Positions 18,149 to 27,605 are shown, counted from the first letter of the stretch. The stretch is 64,000 nucleotides of DNA from an uncultured Rhodobacterales bacterium (GCA_964351755.1 CAYGPT010000001.1:95474-159473), one strand, 5' to 3'. Notes: generated from the letters alone by a model not told the origin. Numbers and translations: made by a program.

Positions 18149-18550
18149 TTAACGCAGTAATGCGTGATTGATCGCGGAGTCCAATTGCCCTTTGCGCTTG
18201 GCTTTGTTTCGCGCATCGGCCTCTTGTTCAGCGATCTTTTGCGAAACAATCTTGCGCCCATGCGCGCGACGATGCCGGTCGATCAGCATTTCTTTTCGTG
18301 CAAGGATCTGGGCCAACTCGTTATTCAGCCGCTGTTGCGTCTGCCCAAGCCATTGCAGCCATATCACATCGCCGCCGATCAAACGCATCTGTTCCTGTTC
18401 GGGGGGTTGAGACTGTGTTTCACGCGCCAACTGGCGTAGCCGACTCAGCTCGGCGCGTAAGATGTTTTCCCGTATCAACAGATCCGATAAGGCCTTTTGG
18501 CTGTTCTGAAACTTGAGATCGGAGAGCATTTTGAGCTGGTCAAGGTCCAC
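18149..18550 (-). CDS. Coiled-coil protein, possible FliJ-like export component (tentative)
   Basis: 133-aa helical, charged protein that is the last gene of the flhA-fliR-flhB operon. The call rests only on size, composition and context. Confidence 0.35.
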   Translation of the reverse strand: MDLDQLKMLSDLKFQNSQKALSDLLIRENILRAELSRLRQLARETQSQPPEQEQMRLIGGDVIWLQWLGQTQQRLNNELAQILARKEMLIDRHRRAHGRKIVSQKIAEQEADARNKAKRKGQLDSAINHALLR

Positions 18551-18552
18551 GG

Positions 18553-19638
18553 CTAAATGCTCTCCTTGGCTCGCTGGCGCATATCATCGGCGAAACGGAT
18601 GGCTGCAGCGACGGCTTCGTAATGGTCCGGCGAAATTTCCTCGCCTATTTTGGTGACAGCATGAAGGGCACGCGCTGTAGGAGGATTGCTGTGAATGGGA
18701 ACCGCCGCTTCGGTCGCGATCTCCCGAATGCGCAATGCGATCTCGTCCACGCCCTTGGCAACACATATCGGCGCCGTCCCGGCGCTGCGCGTCCATTTCA
18801 GCGCGACCGCATAGTGCGTGGGGTTCACGATAATCACATCCGCCTTGGGCACCTCCGCCATTATCTGTTGTGTGGCGATGGCCTGCGCACGTGCTCGGCG
18901 CTCTTGCTTGAGGTGGGGATCTCCTTCGGCGTTCTTGGTTTCATCCATGATCTCTTTGCGAGACATCCGGTTTTTTCGGATATGTTCCTGATGCTGCCAG
19001 AGGGCATCAACCGCCCCAAGTGCGGATGAGACCAAAACTACGACCAGCAGAAACGCGGTGCACAGTTCGGCCAGCATTGTGACGACGACGCCAGGAGCGC
19101 TGTGCACGACTGCGATCATTTCGGGCAGTCGTGCTTCCAGAAAAACGGCCAGACACGCAGAATAGATTGCAAGTTTTGCGAAACTTTTTGCGAATTCGAA
19201 AAACCCGGCGCGTCCGAATTTTTGCTTCGCATTCGACAGGATCGAAATACGCGACAGTTTCGGTTGAATCTTGCTTGGGGCAACTACGAAGGCCCGTTGG
19301 GCGAGGATCGCACCGAGCACCGCAACGCCGGGCAAGACAAAGATCGGAGCGAGGACCACCGCTGCATTCCACAGAATGCTGCCCATCACCGCTGGCAGAC
19401 CGCCCGCAAACGCGATGTCGGACAACTCTGCAGCTCGGTCGAGGATCACTTGCATCTGCGATCCAAACCCTAGGAAGACCTGTGCGCCGACCGCAAGAAA
19501 TGCGAGTGTCAGCCCGGCATAGCCTGCAGCCGTCTGCAGGTCGGTGGATTTTGCGATCTCTCCCTTTTTACGCGCTTCCAAGAGCTTTTGCGGAGTCGGA
19601 TCAAATGACTTGTCGCTGTCATCGTCCTGCCCGCTCAT
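18553..19638 (-). CDS. flhB: Flagellar export switch protein FlhB
   Basis: N-terminus SFDPTPQKLLEARKKGEIAKS, four TM segments, and the NPTH autocleavage site (IIVNPTHYAVAL). ATG 19638 overlaps the fliR stop (ATGA). Confidence 0.95.
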   Translation of the reverse strand: MSGQDDDSDKSFDPTPQKLLEARKKGEIAKSTDLQTAAGYAGLTLAFLAVGAQVFLGFGSQMQVILDRAAELSDIAFAGGLPAVMGSILWNAAVVLAPIFVLPGVAVLGAILAQRAFVVAPSKIQPKLSRISILSNAKQKFGRAGFFEFAKSFAKLAIYSACLAVFLEARLPEMIAVVHSAPGVVVTMLAELCTAFLLVVVLVSSALGAVDALWQHQEHIRKNRMSRKEIMDETKNAEGDPHLKQERRARAQAIATQQIMAEVPKADVIIVNPTHYAVALKWTRSAGTAPICVAKGVDEIALRIREIATEAAVPIHSNPPTARALHAVTKIGEEISPDHYEAVAAAIRFADDMRQRAKESI

Positions 19639-20384
19639 GGCCGCGGCCCAAACGGATTGGCCATAAAATGATCCAAAGACGATAACCAGACGCCCAGCAT
19701 TGTCGGTGTGGCCAGAAAAAGTAAGAACAATCCGCCAAGGGTGATCACTGGTGCGCCCACAAAGGCGACCATCAGCTGCGGCATGGCCTTGTTGATGACG
19801 CCCAACGCCAAGTTGTAGAGTACCGACATCAACACGAACGGTGCCGCAAGCACAAATGCCAGTTCGAACGCATGGGCAACCTGCACCAGTCCCCAATCCG
19901 CAACATCGCTGCCTGCCGAAAATAGACCCATCGGAAGCAAGACATAGGAGTGGATCAACAATTGCGCCGCTTTGACGTGCAGCCCAGCCATGACCGCCAG
20001 TGCGATTGCACCAACGGTCAGCACATAGCCCATGGCTGGGATCGGTTCGATCGCGGCGCCGCCAAGAATTTGCGACAGTGATGTGGATTGGGCAGCGATT
20101 GAGCCCGCAGTTTGCAACGCAAGAATAAACAGTCGCACGCCCATGCCCATTAATACGCCTGCCATCGTTTCGGTCGCAGCAAGTGTGGCCAGGACTCCCA
20201 CCGAAAAATCCGGCGGCCTGCTGTCCAACGCTGGCGCGATGATCAGTGTAAAGGCGATGGCAATTACAAGTTTGATCCGCATAGGCACGGTTTGTTCGCC
20301 GAACCCGGGTAGCAAGGACACTGTGGCTGCCACACGGAGGAACACAACGAAGCCCAGCCAGAGTTGAACCTGCGCAAGTGCCAT
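19635..20384 (-). CDS. fliR: Flagellar export apparatus protein FliR
   Basis: 249-aa polytopic membrane protein (MALAQVQLWLGFVVFLRVAATVSLLPGFGEQ...) between flhA and flhB. Confidence 0.9.
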   Translation of the reverse strand: MALAQVQLWLGFVVFLRVAATVSLLPGFGEQTVPMRIKLVIAIAFTLIIAPALDSRPPDFSVGVLATLAATETMAGVLMGMGVRLFILALQTAGSIAAQSTSLSQILGGAAIEPIPAMGYVLTVGAIALAVMAGLHVKAAQLLIHSYVLLPMGLFSAGSDVADWGLVQVAHAFELAFVLAAPFVLMSVLYNLALGVINKAMPQLMVAFVGAPVITLGGLFLLFLATPTMLGVWLSSLDHFMANPFGPRP

Positions 20385-20401
20385 AAGCTCTGCCGCAACT
20401 G

Positions 20402-22498
20402 TCACGCCGCGATAACTCCGACAAGTGCCGGGCGGGCGTCTACTCCGATCTCTTCGAAGGATAGAACGGGATTCGAAATCCCTTTGGCCCGCATCAGCGT
20501 TTTCACGAACCTGCGCCGCCGTGTGTTGGTGACCACCGCTGGAAAAATGCCCTGTTCGCTGATGTCCTGCAACTTTTCGGACATATTGTCTGCAAGCCTG
20601 TTGAATAGGTCGGGCGGCAGTGCCACGTCCAGCCCACGCTCGGCATCGACCTGATAATTCGCGAATGTGTCTTCCCACTCGGGTGCAAGCTGTACCAGTG
20701 GCAGGCTGCCGTCCGGACGGCGCATTTCGGCTACCAGTTGAAACCCAAGCCGCTGTCGTACCAGTTCGCAGATGCTTTCGGGTTGAGCGTTCCGACCACG
20801 GGCTTCTGCCGTTGCCTCAAGGATCAACGGCAGGTTCCTGATCGACACTTGTTCGTCCAGCAATAGCCTCAACACGGCGTGAAGTATATCAATCGGCACC
20901 TTGTCCGGGATCAATTCGTCCAGCATCTTCTGGTTAGCTTCAGCGCGGGCTGGGTCACTGATGTTGGTCATTTCGCGCAACAGGCGACGCAGGGATTTGA
21001 GGGTGAGCAACCTGCTGAAATTGCGTTTCACGACCTCCAGAAGATGCGTCGCCAATATTTCTGTCGGCGTGACAATGGTTACACCCGCGAGGGCTGCGGC
21101 CTCCTGATCTTCGTGCGCGATCCATCGGGCTGGCGCGCCATAGACAGGTTCGGTCGTGTCCTGACCGGCGGGCATCTTTGAGTTGTCGTCAGGGGTCAAG
21201 GCAAGGATATCCATGGATCGCAGATCGCCACGCGCCTGTTCGACACCTTGAATGCGCAGAACGTAGACGCCAGTCTTGAGCGCGGGGTTGTCCGTTAATC
21301 GTATCTCGGGCAGGATCAACCCGAACACGGACGCGACATGAGTGCGCATATTGGCAATCCGCGCGTCAAGCCCGGTGCCGGGGTCAAGCACCATGTTCAC
21401 GAGATCGGGCGCGAATTCGACATGGATATCGTCCAACTCCAAAACATCGCCCAACGATTTTTCGGTTGTGGTCGGATGTTCAAAATTTTCGTCTTGTCTT
21501 TCACTGTCGGCAGCCCTCAACTTTCTGTTGATTACGAAAGCGGCAGCGGACAACGCAATTCCGCCGAGCATGAATGGTGCCAGCGGCAATCCCGGAACCA
21601 GACCGAACATCCCCATCAAGACCCCGACTGTCATAAGCGCTGCGGGATGTTTGCCAAGCTGGCTGAACACAGCCAAGTCCGTAGCACCCTTGGCGCCCCC
21701 TCGGGCCAGCAGCAGTGCTGACGCGATGGAGATCACGACCGCCGGAATTTGTGACACCAACCCATCACCCACCGTCAGGATGGCGTAGGTTTCAAAGGCG
21801 TTGGACAAAGGCATGCCATGCACGACGACCCCCATAACGAGACCCGCGACGAGGTTGAGAAGGGTGATGAGAAGGCCCGCAACTGCATCGCCTTTGACGA
21901 ACTTGGACGCACCGTCGAGCGAGCCAAAAAAGGTCGTTTCGGCTTGTTCGAGCTCCCGGCGCGCTTTGGCCTCCTGATGCGTGATGGCTCCGGCTGACAT
22001 GTCGCTGTCGATTGCGAGTTGTTTGCCAGGCATACCGTCAAGGGCAAACCGCGCGCCGACTTCGGCCATCCGGGTCGCGCCCTTGGTGATGACCATGAAG
22101 TTGACGATCAGAAGGACGCAAAACACCACAAGGCCTAGAAAGACACTGCCTCCCATAACAAACTGCGCGAAGCCTTGAATGACCTCTCCAGCGGCTTGCG
22201 TACCTGTGTGCCCCTGCCCAATGATCAATTTTGTCGACGAGACGTTCAATGAAAGGCGCAGCATCAGCGAAGCAAGAAGAATGGTCGGAAATGCGGAAAA
22301 ATCGAGAGGCCGCTCTATGAACAGAGTGATGGTAAATATGAGAATGGCCAGCGCGAAAGACGCCGCCAAGCCGACATCGAGCACCCATGCAGGCATCGGC
22401 AAAATCATCATGACGATGACGGCCATCAACGCAACAGCGAGCAGAACAGTGGGATTGAACAGGGCGCTTGGGTTGAACGCGATTCCGGACTCAGACAT
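20402..22498 (-). CDS. flhA: Flagellar export gate protein FlhA
   Basis: 698-aa FHIPEP-family protein with an N-terminal TM domain and a cytoplasmic C-domain. An AGGAGG RBS precedes ATG 22498. The ORF-track start 22675 is an over-extension. Confidence 0.97.
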   Translation of the reverse strand: MSESGIAFNPSALFNPTVLLAVALMAVIVMMILPMPAWVLDVGLAASFALAILIFTITLFIERPLDFSAFPTILLASLMLRLSLNVSSTKLIIGQGHTGTQAAGEVIQGFAQFVMGGSVFLGLVVFCVLLIVNFMVITKGATRMAEVGARFALDGMPGKQLAIDSDMSAGAITHQEAKARRELEQAETTFFGSLDGASKFVKGDAVAGLLITLLNLVAGLVMGVVVHGMPLSNAFETYAILTVGDGLVSQIPAVVISIASALLLARGGAKGATDLAVFSQLGKHPAALMTVGVLMGMFGLVPGLPLAPFMLGGIALSAAAFVINRKLRAADSERQDENFEHPTTTEKSLGDVLELDDIHVEFAPDLVNMVLDPGTGLDARIANMRTHVASVFGLILPEIRLTDNPALKTGVYVLRIQGVEQARGDLRSMDILALTPDDNSKMPAGQDTTEPVYGAPARWIAHEDQEAAALAGVTIVTPTEILATHLLEVVKRNFSRLLTLKSLRRLLREMTNISDPARAEANQKMLDELIPDKVPIDILHAVLRLLLDEQVSIRNLPLILEATAEARGRNAQPESICELVRQRLGFQLVAEMRRPDGSLPLVQLAPEWEDTFANYQVDAERGLDVALPPDLFNRLADNMSEKLQDISEQGIFPAVVTNTRRRRFVKTLMRAKGISNPVLSFEEIGVDARPALVGVIAA

Positions 22499-22850
22499 AT
22501 CGACCTCCTGATTGGTCGATGATGCGGCCACAGTTCGCGAATTCGATCGGGCCTGGGCAAATCGACGAACCAGATTGTAGGTCCTTGATGCGCTGCGAGG
22601 GACTGATGATTCGCTGTATTGCGCCGGCACATGCAGTCTTTGGCAATACGGGAGTGTTAACACAATTGCTGCCAATGGCTTGAATTCTTATGGCGGGTTT
22701 GCATTGCGCAAGCGACCCACATCCTAGAGTCGAGACCCGCGCTGAAAATTCAATAAATTCCAAAACTTACCCTCATCACTTTCTGTGATTGGATGATCAT
22801 AAGGCTTGGTAGATTTACATTTGGTAACCATGTTCGAGAAACTGAACAAA

Positions 22851-25139
22851 CTAGTTGTCGACAATGCTCGAATCGTTGAAATTCAATAACTGTCGGATCG
22901 CCTCCCGTGCGCCTTCACTCTCCGAAACTGCTGTTTTTGCGCGCTCGAGCATTCCGTCGGTTTCCGGTGGATTGTCCAAAGTCGTCTGTGCCACGCGGAC
23001 GACGGGTCCAAATACGGGCGCCGCTTCTTCTACCAAAAGGGACCATTCGTCAGACAGCCATGCAGCGCGTTGGCTATTTGGTCCGTCTCCAATATCAGAG
23101 TAGATTGAGTGCGCCTCGGAATAATCGCCTGCCCGGATTTCGGCCTCAGCACGCAGGACAGATGCCGCTTCCGAATTCTCGCCAAAAAGGTGCGCCAATG
23201 CTTCCTGCGGGCGCTGCAAAGCAATCGAAATCTCAGCTCTGAGCAATGCGGATTGTGAGGTTTTCGGCTCACCGGTTCCTGCCGCAAGAATGATTTCGGC
23301 TTGTTCAAAGAAACCGAGTTCAGTCAACCGCTTTGCGATCCGGAATCTGGTTTTGGGTAGGATCGTTTCCGGTGCAATAGCCATTTGATCAAAGCTATGA
23401 TCAAGGAATTCAACATCCGACGCACTGCGGGACATCAAGTCAAGTACAGAAGAACGCAACGGGTCTTCTGTTATGTCGGTCGCGCGAGCGCGCACTCGCG
23501 ACAATGCTTCGAACGCCGCAGAGAACTGCCCGGATTTGCCAAGCGCGAGGACATGTGCGCGACGCAATTCATCGCCGATTGGATCATCGCGCATTTCCAT
23601 GGCGTAGGCTTCGACAAGAGTTGCGACGTCTTCGTCGATTTCGGCATCTTCCTCCAAGTGAGAGTCAATGAATTTGATCAATGCCTCGGCGGATTGTTCT
23701 GCATTTGAGGCCACGATTTCAGATAAGCGATCCTGTGCTTGAGCGACGTCTCCCTGAGCGATTTCGATGTCCGCCTTGGCCAGATTCGCATTCGATGACA
23801 GCGGCTCGGGGGCGCGTTCAAGACTGCGCAAAGCCGCTGCCGCGCCCGCCTCATCACCATAGGCCAACAGGCGGCGGCTGAGTTCCGGCGCGATGAACCT
23901 GCGAAGATGCATCGGCAAACCGCTCAGGCTCAACAACGCTGCTTTGATATTGATCGTGCGCGCCGGATCAATTTCCGGGAGCGACAAAATTGCCCAAAGT
24001 GCTGCCTGATTGTCGCAATCTACAAAATTGCCCAGGAAATGCGTGTCTCGACTATAACCGTATTCCATAATCTCCGCGATTGCGCTCAGCGCCGGATATG
24101 TTTGGGCCAACGACGCGTCTAGCTGAAGGATTTTCTTTGCTTCAGCGCCAAATCCGTAGTGCAAGTATGTTTTTGCAAGCGCCAGAGCGGCGCCGCGGTC
24201 CAGCCGGTCAAACTCGCCGTAAAGCTGGCTGCGAAGTTGGGCGAGTCGACCTACCAGTCCGATGTCTGCACCCCAATCCTGAACCGCAATCAGGGCAGGG
24301 TCGATACATGGAATGCCAAGTGAGGTCGACGTCTGCACCTGATCCTGGCCAACCCGCGGAATATCGGAACTGCTGGTAATCCGGATGTTGCCATTCCGTG
24401 TCTGACTTGCGCTTTCGGGTCTTTGAGTCGTCGCGGGTGTGTCGAAAATGCGCGTGTCTATTTGCGGTTTTGGGAGTGCGGTGACCAGACTTAATCTGCC
24501 GCCAGCGGGCGTGAGGATACCACGAGTTGCCGCACCGCTGATTTGGCGGGACAGCTTTTGTTGTGCATTTCGAAGACCCTCAGTGTCCGGTTTTGCCTGG
24601 TCCGAACCGGTTGCAAATGCTTCGAAGTTGCTAGGCAGTACTGCGTTTTCAGTCTCGTTTTGCGGTTCCGTTTCACGAGTTTGGTCAATGGTCCGTTGGC
24701 GCGGTGCCGCTGGTATCTCGGACTCCGTGAAACGCAGCGGGCGCTGACCGACAAAGCTCAGGGCGAAATCCTGTGAAGGCGTCGGCGTGAATTTGGTTGC
24801 TTTCGAAACATCCAGAACGATCATTCTTGGACCTTGAGCGAAAGCGCGGGCGCTGCACTCGCATGAAAACTCAACCGTGAGTGTCGTGTTGTCCGCGGAA
24901 ACGTTGGCGATAAAAGTGCGATCGATGCGATTGAACACTTCCGATGAGTCAAAGCCGCCTTCGTGGCCTTTGAGCACGAGCCTTGCGCTGCCAGAATTCT
25001 GGTCGAGGGTCCATTGCGTTCCTGCTGGCACATACAGAACTAACCGCGCGAAATCTGCATGTGCGCCCGAACGCACGTCGATTTCCTGAGCAAGCGCAGG
25101 CGCGGAAAGAAATAGTAGAGCAAGGACAAACCACCTCAT
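22851..25139 (-). CDS. Secreted 762-aa protein of unknown function: AMIN-like N-terminal module, low-complexity linker and helical-repeat C-terminal region, translationally coupled to motA
   Basis: ATG 25137-25139 overlaps the motA stop (ATGA), with a GAGGTGG RBS. Signal peptide MRWFVLALLFLSAPALA/QE. I recognise no named flagellar family. Confidence 0.8.
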   Translation of the reverse strand: MRWFVLALLFLSAPALAQEIDVRSGAHADFARLVLYVPAGTQWTLDQNSGSARLVLKGHEGGFDSSEVFNRIDRTFIANVSADNTTLTVEFSCECSARAFAQGPRMIVLDVSKATKFTPTPSQDFALSFVGQRPLRFTESEIPAAPRQRTIDQTRETEPQNETENAVLPSNFEAFATGSDQAKPDTEGLRNAQQKLSRQISGAATRGILTPAGGRLSLVTALPKPQIDTRIFDTPATTQRPESASQTRNGNIRITSSSDIPRVGQDQVQTSTSLGIPCIDPALIAVQDWGADIGLVGRLAQLRSQLYGEFDRLDRGAALALAKTYLHYGFGAEAKKILQLDASLAQTYPALSAIAEIMEYGYSRDTHFLGNFVDCDNQAALWAILSLPEIDPARTINIKAALLSLSGLPMHLRRFIAPELSRRLLAYGDEAGAAAALRSLERAPEPLSSNANLAKADIEIAQGDVAQAQDRLSEIVASNAEQSAEALIKFIDSHLEEDAEIDEDVATLVEAYAMEMRDDPIGDELRRAHVLALGKSGQFSAAFEALSRVRARATDITEDPLRSSVLDLMSRSASDVEFLDHSFDQMAIAPETILPKTRFRIAKRLTELGFFEQAEIILAAGTGEPKTSQSALLRAEISIALQRPQEALAHLFGENSEAASVLRAEAEIRAGDYSEAHSIYSDIGDGPNSQRAAWLSDEWSLLVEEAAPVFGPVVRVAQTTLDNPPETDGMLERAKTAVSESEGAREAIRQLLNFNDSSIVDN

Positions 25140-26008
25140 CACGCGACGTTCTGCTTTGCGGCCTTCAACGCTTCTTCCAGCTCCGCGAAAGACGGGCGGC
25201 AATGTGAAGGTGTATTCTGGCGTCCGACTTCGATACAGATATTGGTCGCGTGGTTATGAAGATTGGCCACCAAAACCTCCCGGATAAGCTGGTAAAAATG
25301 CGCGTCCTCTTCCACCACCGCCTTGACCTTCGACGCGAACGGGCCGACTAGACCGTAGGCAAGGAAGACCCCAAGAAAGGTGCCAACCAGAGCGCCACCA
25401 ATCAGCTTACCGAGGACTTCTGGCGGTTGGTCGATCGAAGCCATCGTCTTGATCACCCCCAAAACCGCCGCGACGATTCCCAAAGCAGGCAACCCGTCGG
25501 CGACGGTTTGCAACGCATGGCTTGAATGCAGCGCGTGATGCATGTTCGCATCAATCCGTTTTTCAAGGACTTCCTCGACTTGATGCGGGTCATCGTAGTT
25601 CATGGATGCCGAGCGCATGGTGTCGCAAATCAACGCAACAGCCTCTTTGTCCTCGATAATTTTGGGATACCGGGAGAAGATGGAAGAGTTTTCCGGGTCT
25701 TCTATGTGCTCTTCGATGGCGACCGGATTCTGGCGGGCGAGGCGGATCAGTTCGAACAAGAGGCACAGCAGGTCTTTGTAATCTTCATGCGCCCACTTTG
25801 GGCCCTTGAAGACTTTGCCAATGTCCTTGGCGGTATGTTTGACTTCGGAAATCGAGTTGCTGATTAGGAATGCACCGATGGCAGCGCCAAGGATCATCGT
25901 CATTTCGAACGGCAAGGATTTGAGGATGATCCCCATCTTACCACCGGCGGCAAGGTAGCCGCCAAAGACCATGACAAAAATAGTGATGATTCCGATAATG
26001 CCGATCAT
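25139..26008 (-). CDS. motA: Flagellar motor stator protein MotA
   Basis: 289 aa of the MotA/TolQ/ExbB channel family (MIGIIGIITIFVMVFGGYLAAGG..., PALGIVAAVLGVIKTM, GALVGTFLGVFLAYG). Confidence 0.9.
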   Translation of the reverse strand: MIGIIGIITIFVMVFGGYLAAGGKMGIILKSLPFEMTMILGAAIGAFLISNSISEVKHTAKDIGKVFKGPKWAHEDYKDLLCLLFELIRLARQNPVAIEEHIEDPENSSIFSRYPKIIEDKEAVALICDTMRSASMNYDDPHQVEEVLEKRIDANMHHALHSSHALQTVADGLPALGIVAAVLGVIKTMASIDQPPEVLGKLIGGALVGTFLGVFLAYGLVGPFASKVKAVVEEDAHFYQLIREVLVANLHNHATNICIEVGRQNTPSHCRPSFAELEEALKAAKQNVA

Positions 26009-26075
26009 GAAAGGCGTCCCTTTTCAGTTTGGTTGGCAGTTTTGCAGACTTCCGTTAACAGAGGTGGCCCTGCTG

Positions 26076-26687
26076 TCAGCTTTTCGGCGCTTTGGCATTT
26101 CGACCTGCAAGGATTGCGCTGATCGAATAGGCTGCTTGCGGATCAAGGTCCGACATGATCTTGGCAGCTACGTCCGGACGCATACGCGCCAAGAATCCCG
26201 CCGCGAATTCCGGTTCCATCGCCTCGAACAGGGGGGCAGCATCCTTGGCCTTCATGTTCTCGTAAACCGTCGTCAATCGCGCAATGTCGTCTTCGGCAGC
26301 AGTTTCGGCGTGTGCAAGGGTTGCGCTCAGGCGTATTTCGGCCTGTTCAAGGGCGTCTAGCCGCCTTTCGATTTCAACTTGCGCTACGTCCAACGCCTTG
26401 GCGCGCACGCCCAATTCCGTTTCCCGTTCTGCGACGCGCGTTTCGCGTTGCCTTAAAGCATCCAAGAGCGACTGGATCTGGGTGTGATCAACGGGTGCGG
26501 GTGTTTTATGTGCTTCTGCGTTCCGGGCAGGCAAGAGCAATTGGTTTGCAAGCCCTACCTCTGCAACCGCCGCTCCGGCACCGGTGGCCACGCGCAGTAT
26601 TGCGGAACCGACCAACAGTGTTGAAATTAACAGGATCGACCCACGCCCGGAAGCGAACCCCTTGGTTTTGCGCTTCTGTCCCATCAT
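26076..26687 (-). CDS. MotE-like (MgtE_N-type) flagellar motility protein
   Basis: N-terminal TM/signal segment, a coiled coil, and a C-terminal motif TTVYENMKAKDAAPLFEAMEPEFAAGFLARMRPDVAAKIMSDLDP typical of the MotE/COG3334 family. Confidence 0.55.
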   Translation of the reverse strand: MMGQKRKTKGFASGRGSILLISTLLVGSAILRVATGAGAAVAEVGLANQLLLPARNAEAHKTPAPVDHTQIQSLLDALRQRETRVAERETELGVRAKALDVAQVEIERRLDALEQAEIRLSATLAHAETAAEDDIARLTTVYENMKAKDAAPLFEAMEPEFAAGFLARMRPDVAAKIMSDLDPQAAYSISAILAGRNAKAPKS

Positions 26688-27061
26688 TTCGCCCCCGCTG
26701 CACGGCGCGTGAACATCGGTTCCGTGCCCGTCTGTGCCTGTGTTGCCGACTGCACTGTTTTGGGTTTTTGCGGTGGTGAAGGAATATCGTGGAGAGAGGC
26801 CATTTGCAGTTCCAGTTGCTGTGCAGTCTGCTCGGCGCGTGACGTCAACTGCTCCAGCGTTTCTGTTGATTCTGCAGCCGTTTTTTGCGCGGCGGCCAGC
26901 ATCTTGCTAAGGTCGTCAACCTGAGCGGAAAGCACCGCCACGGCACCGCCAACCCCCGTTTCAAGGTTGTTGAACCGGTTCAGGCGTCGCCCAAGAACGA
27001 AACAGTAAAAACCGGCGCCAATAGCCCCCGCAGCCAGGAGAATGTCAGCTATCAAATCCAT
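26684..27061 (-). CDS. Small membrane-anchored coiled-coil protein of unknown function
   Basis: 125 aa with one N-terminal TM helix (LIADILLAAGAIGAGFYCFVL), then a coiled coil. The stop overlaps the start of the motE-like gene. Confidence 0.6.
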   Translation of the reverse strand: MDLIADILLAAGAIGAGFYCFVLGRRLNRFNNLETGVGGAVAVLSAQVDDLSKMLAAAQKTAAESTETLEQLTSRAEQTAQQLELQMASLHDIPSPPQKPKTVQSATQAQTGTEPMFTRRAAGAK

Positions 27062-27070
27062 ATCTCACCT

Positions 27071-27598
27071 TCAATTCAGCACAAATTCCATGATCAGCAG
27101 ATCGTTTACACGGCCGGGACCAGCCACGACTTGCACTCGGCGCAACAGCTGCGCACGCAGCCGCGTCATCGCGGCCGGACTGTCGATATCCCGTGTTTCG
27201 AGCGCGCGCAGATATCCGTTCAAAACATCCACAACCCGGGGCAACAGGGTTTCCACGTCCCCTGCATATTGCGACGGGACTTCCAGTTGCGCGCGAAACC
27301 TCAAGTGGCGCCCTTGCGAGGCGGGGCTGAGGGATACGGTCATCGGCTCAACCGGAACAAATGCGACATCCGGTAAAGCATCTGGCTGCGCGTCATCTTC
27401 GACGACTTGATCGGAGGATTCGGAGGCCAGAATCAGGCCCGAAAAGGTGGCATAAAACCCTCCGCCGCCGCCCGCCAAGGCGGCGACAATGCCAAGGATC
27501 ATAGGCACTTTCGATGATTTCCTGGCCTCTTGCGGGGCATCTGCCACGGCGTCCGTCATTTTCATTCCATCTGCTGATGTCAAAATCTGTTTTGGCAC
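27071..27598 (-). CDS. fliL: Flagellar basal-body-associated protein FliL (paralog 2)
   Basis: TM helix followed by the FliL core (FVPVEPMTVSL...RHLRFRAQLEV...LLPRVVDVLNGYL...IMEFVLN). The start is GTG 27598 or ATG 27565. Confidence 0.75.
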   Translation of the reverse strand: MPKQILTSADGMKMTDAVADAPQEARKSSKVPMILGIVAALAGGGGGFYATFSGLILASESSDQVVEDDAQPDALPDVAFVPVEPMTVSLSPASQGRHLRFRAQLEVPSQYAGDVETLLPRVVDVLNGYLRALETRDIDSPAAMTRLRAQLLRRVQVVAGPGRVNDLLIMEFVLN

Positions 27599-27605
27599 AG
27601 ATCAA

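Noticed and set aside
22491-22763. A 90-aa minus-strand ORF lies in the gap upstream of flhA.
   Set aside because: It overlaps the flhA start and RBS, has no RBS of its own, and its Cys/Ile/Ser-rich translation lacks protein-like features.
27593-27598. A TGGCAC hexamer lies upstream of fliF and could be a sigma-54 -24 element.
   Set aside because: The required -12 TTGC element is absent at N5 spacing (the sequence is TGGCACagatcAACT). The hexamer also overlaps the possible GTG start of fliL.
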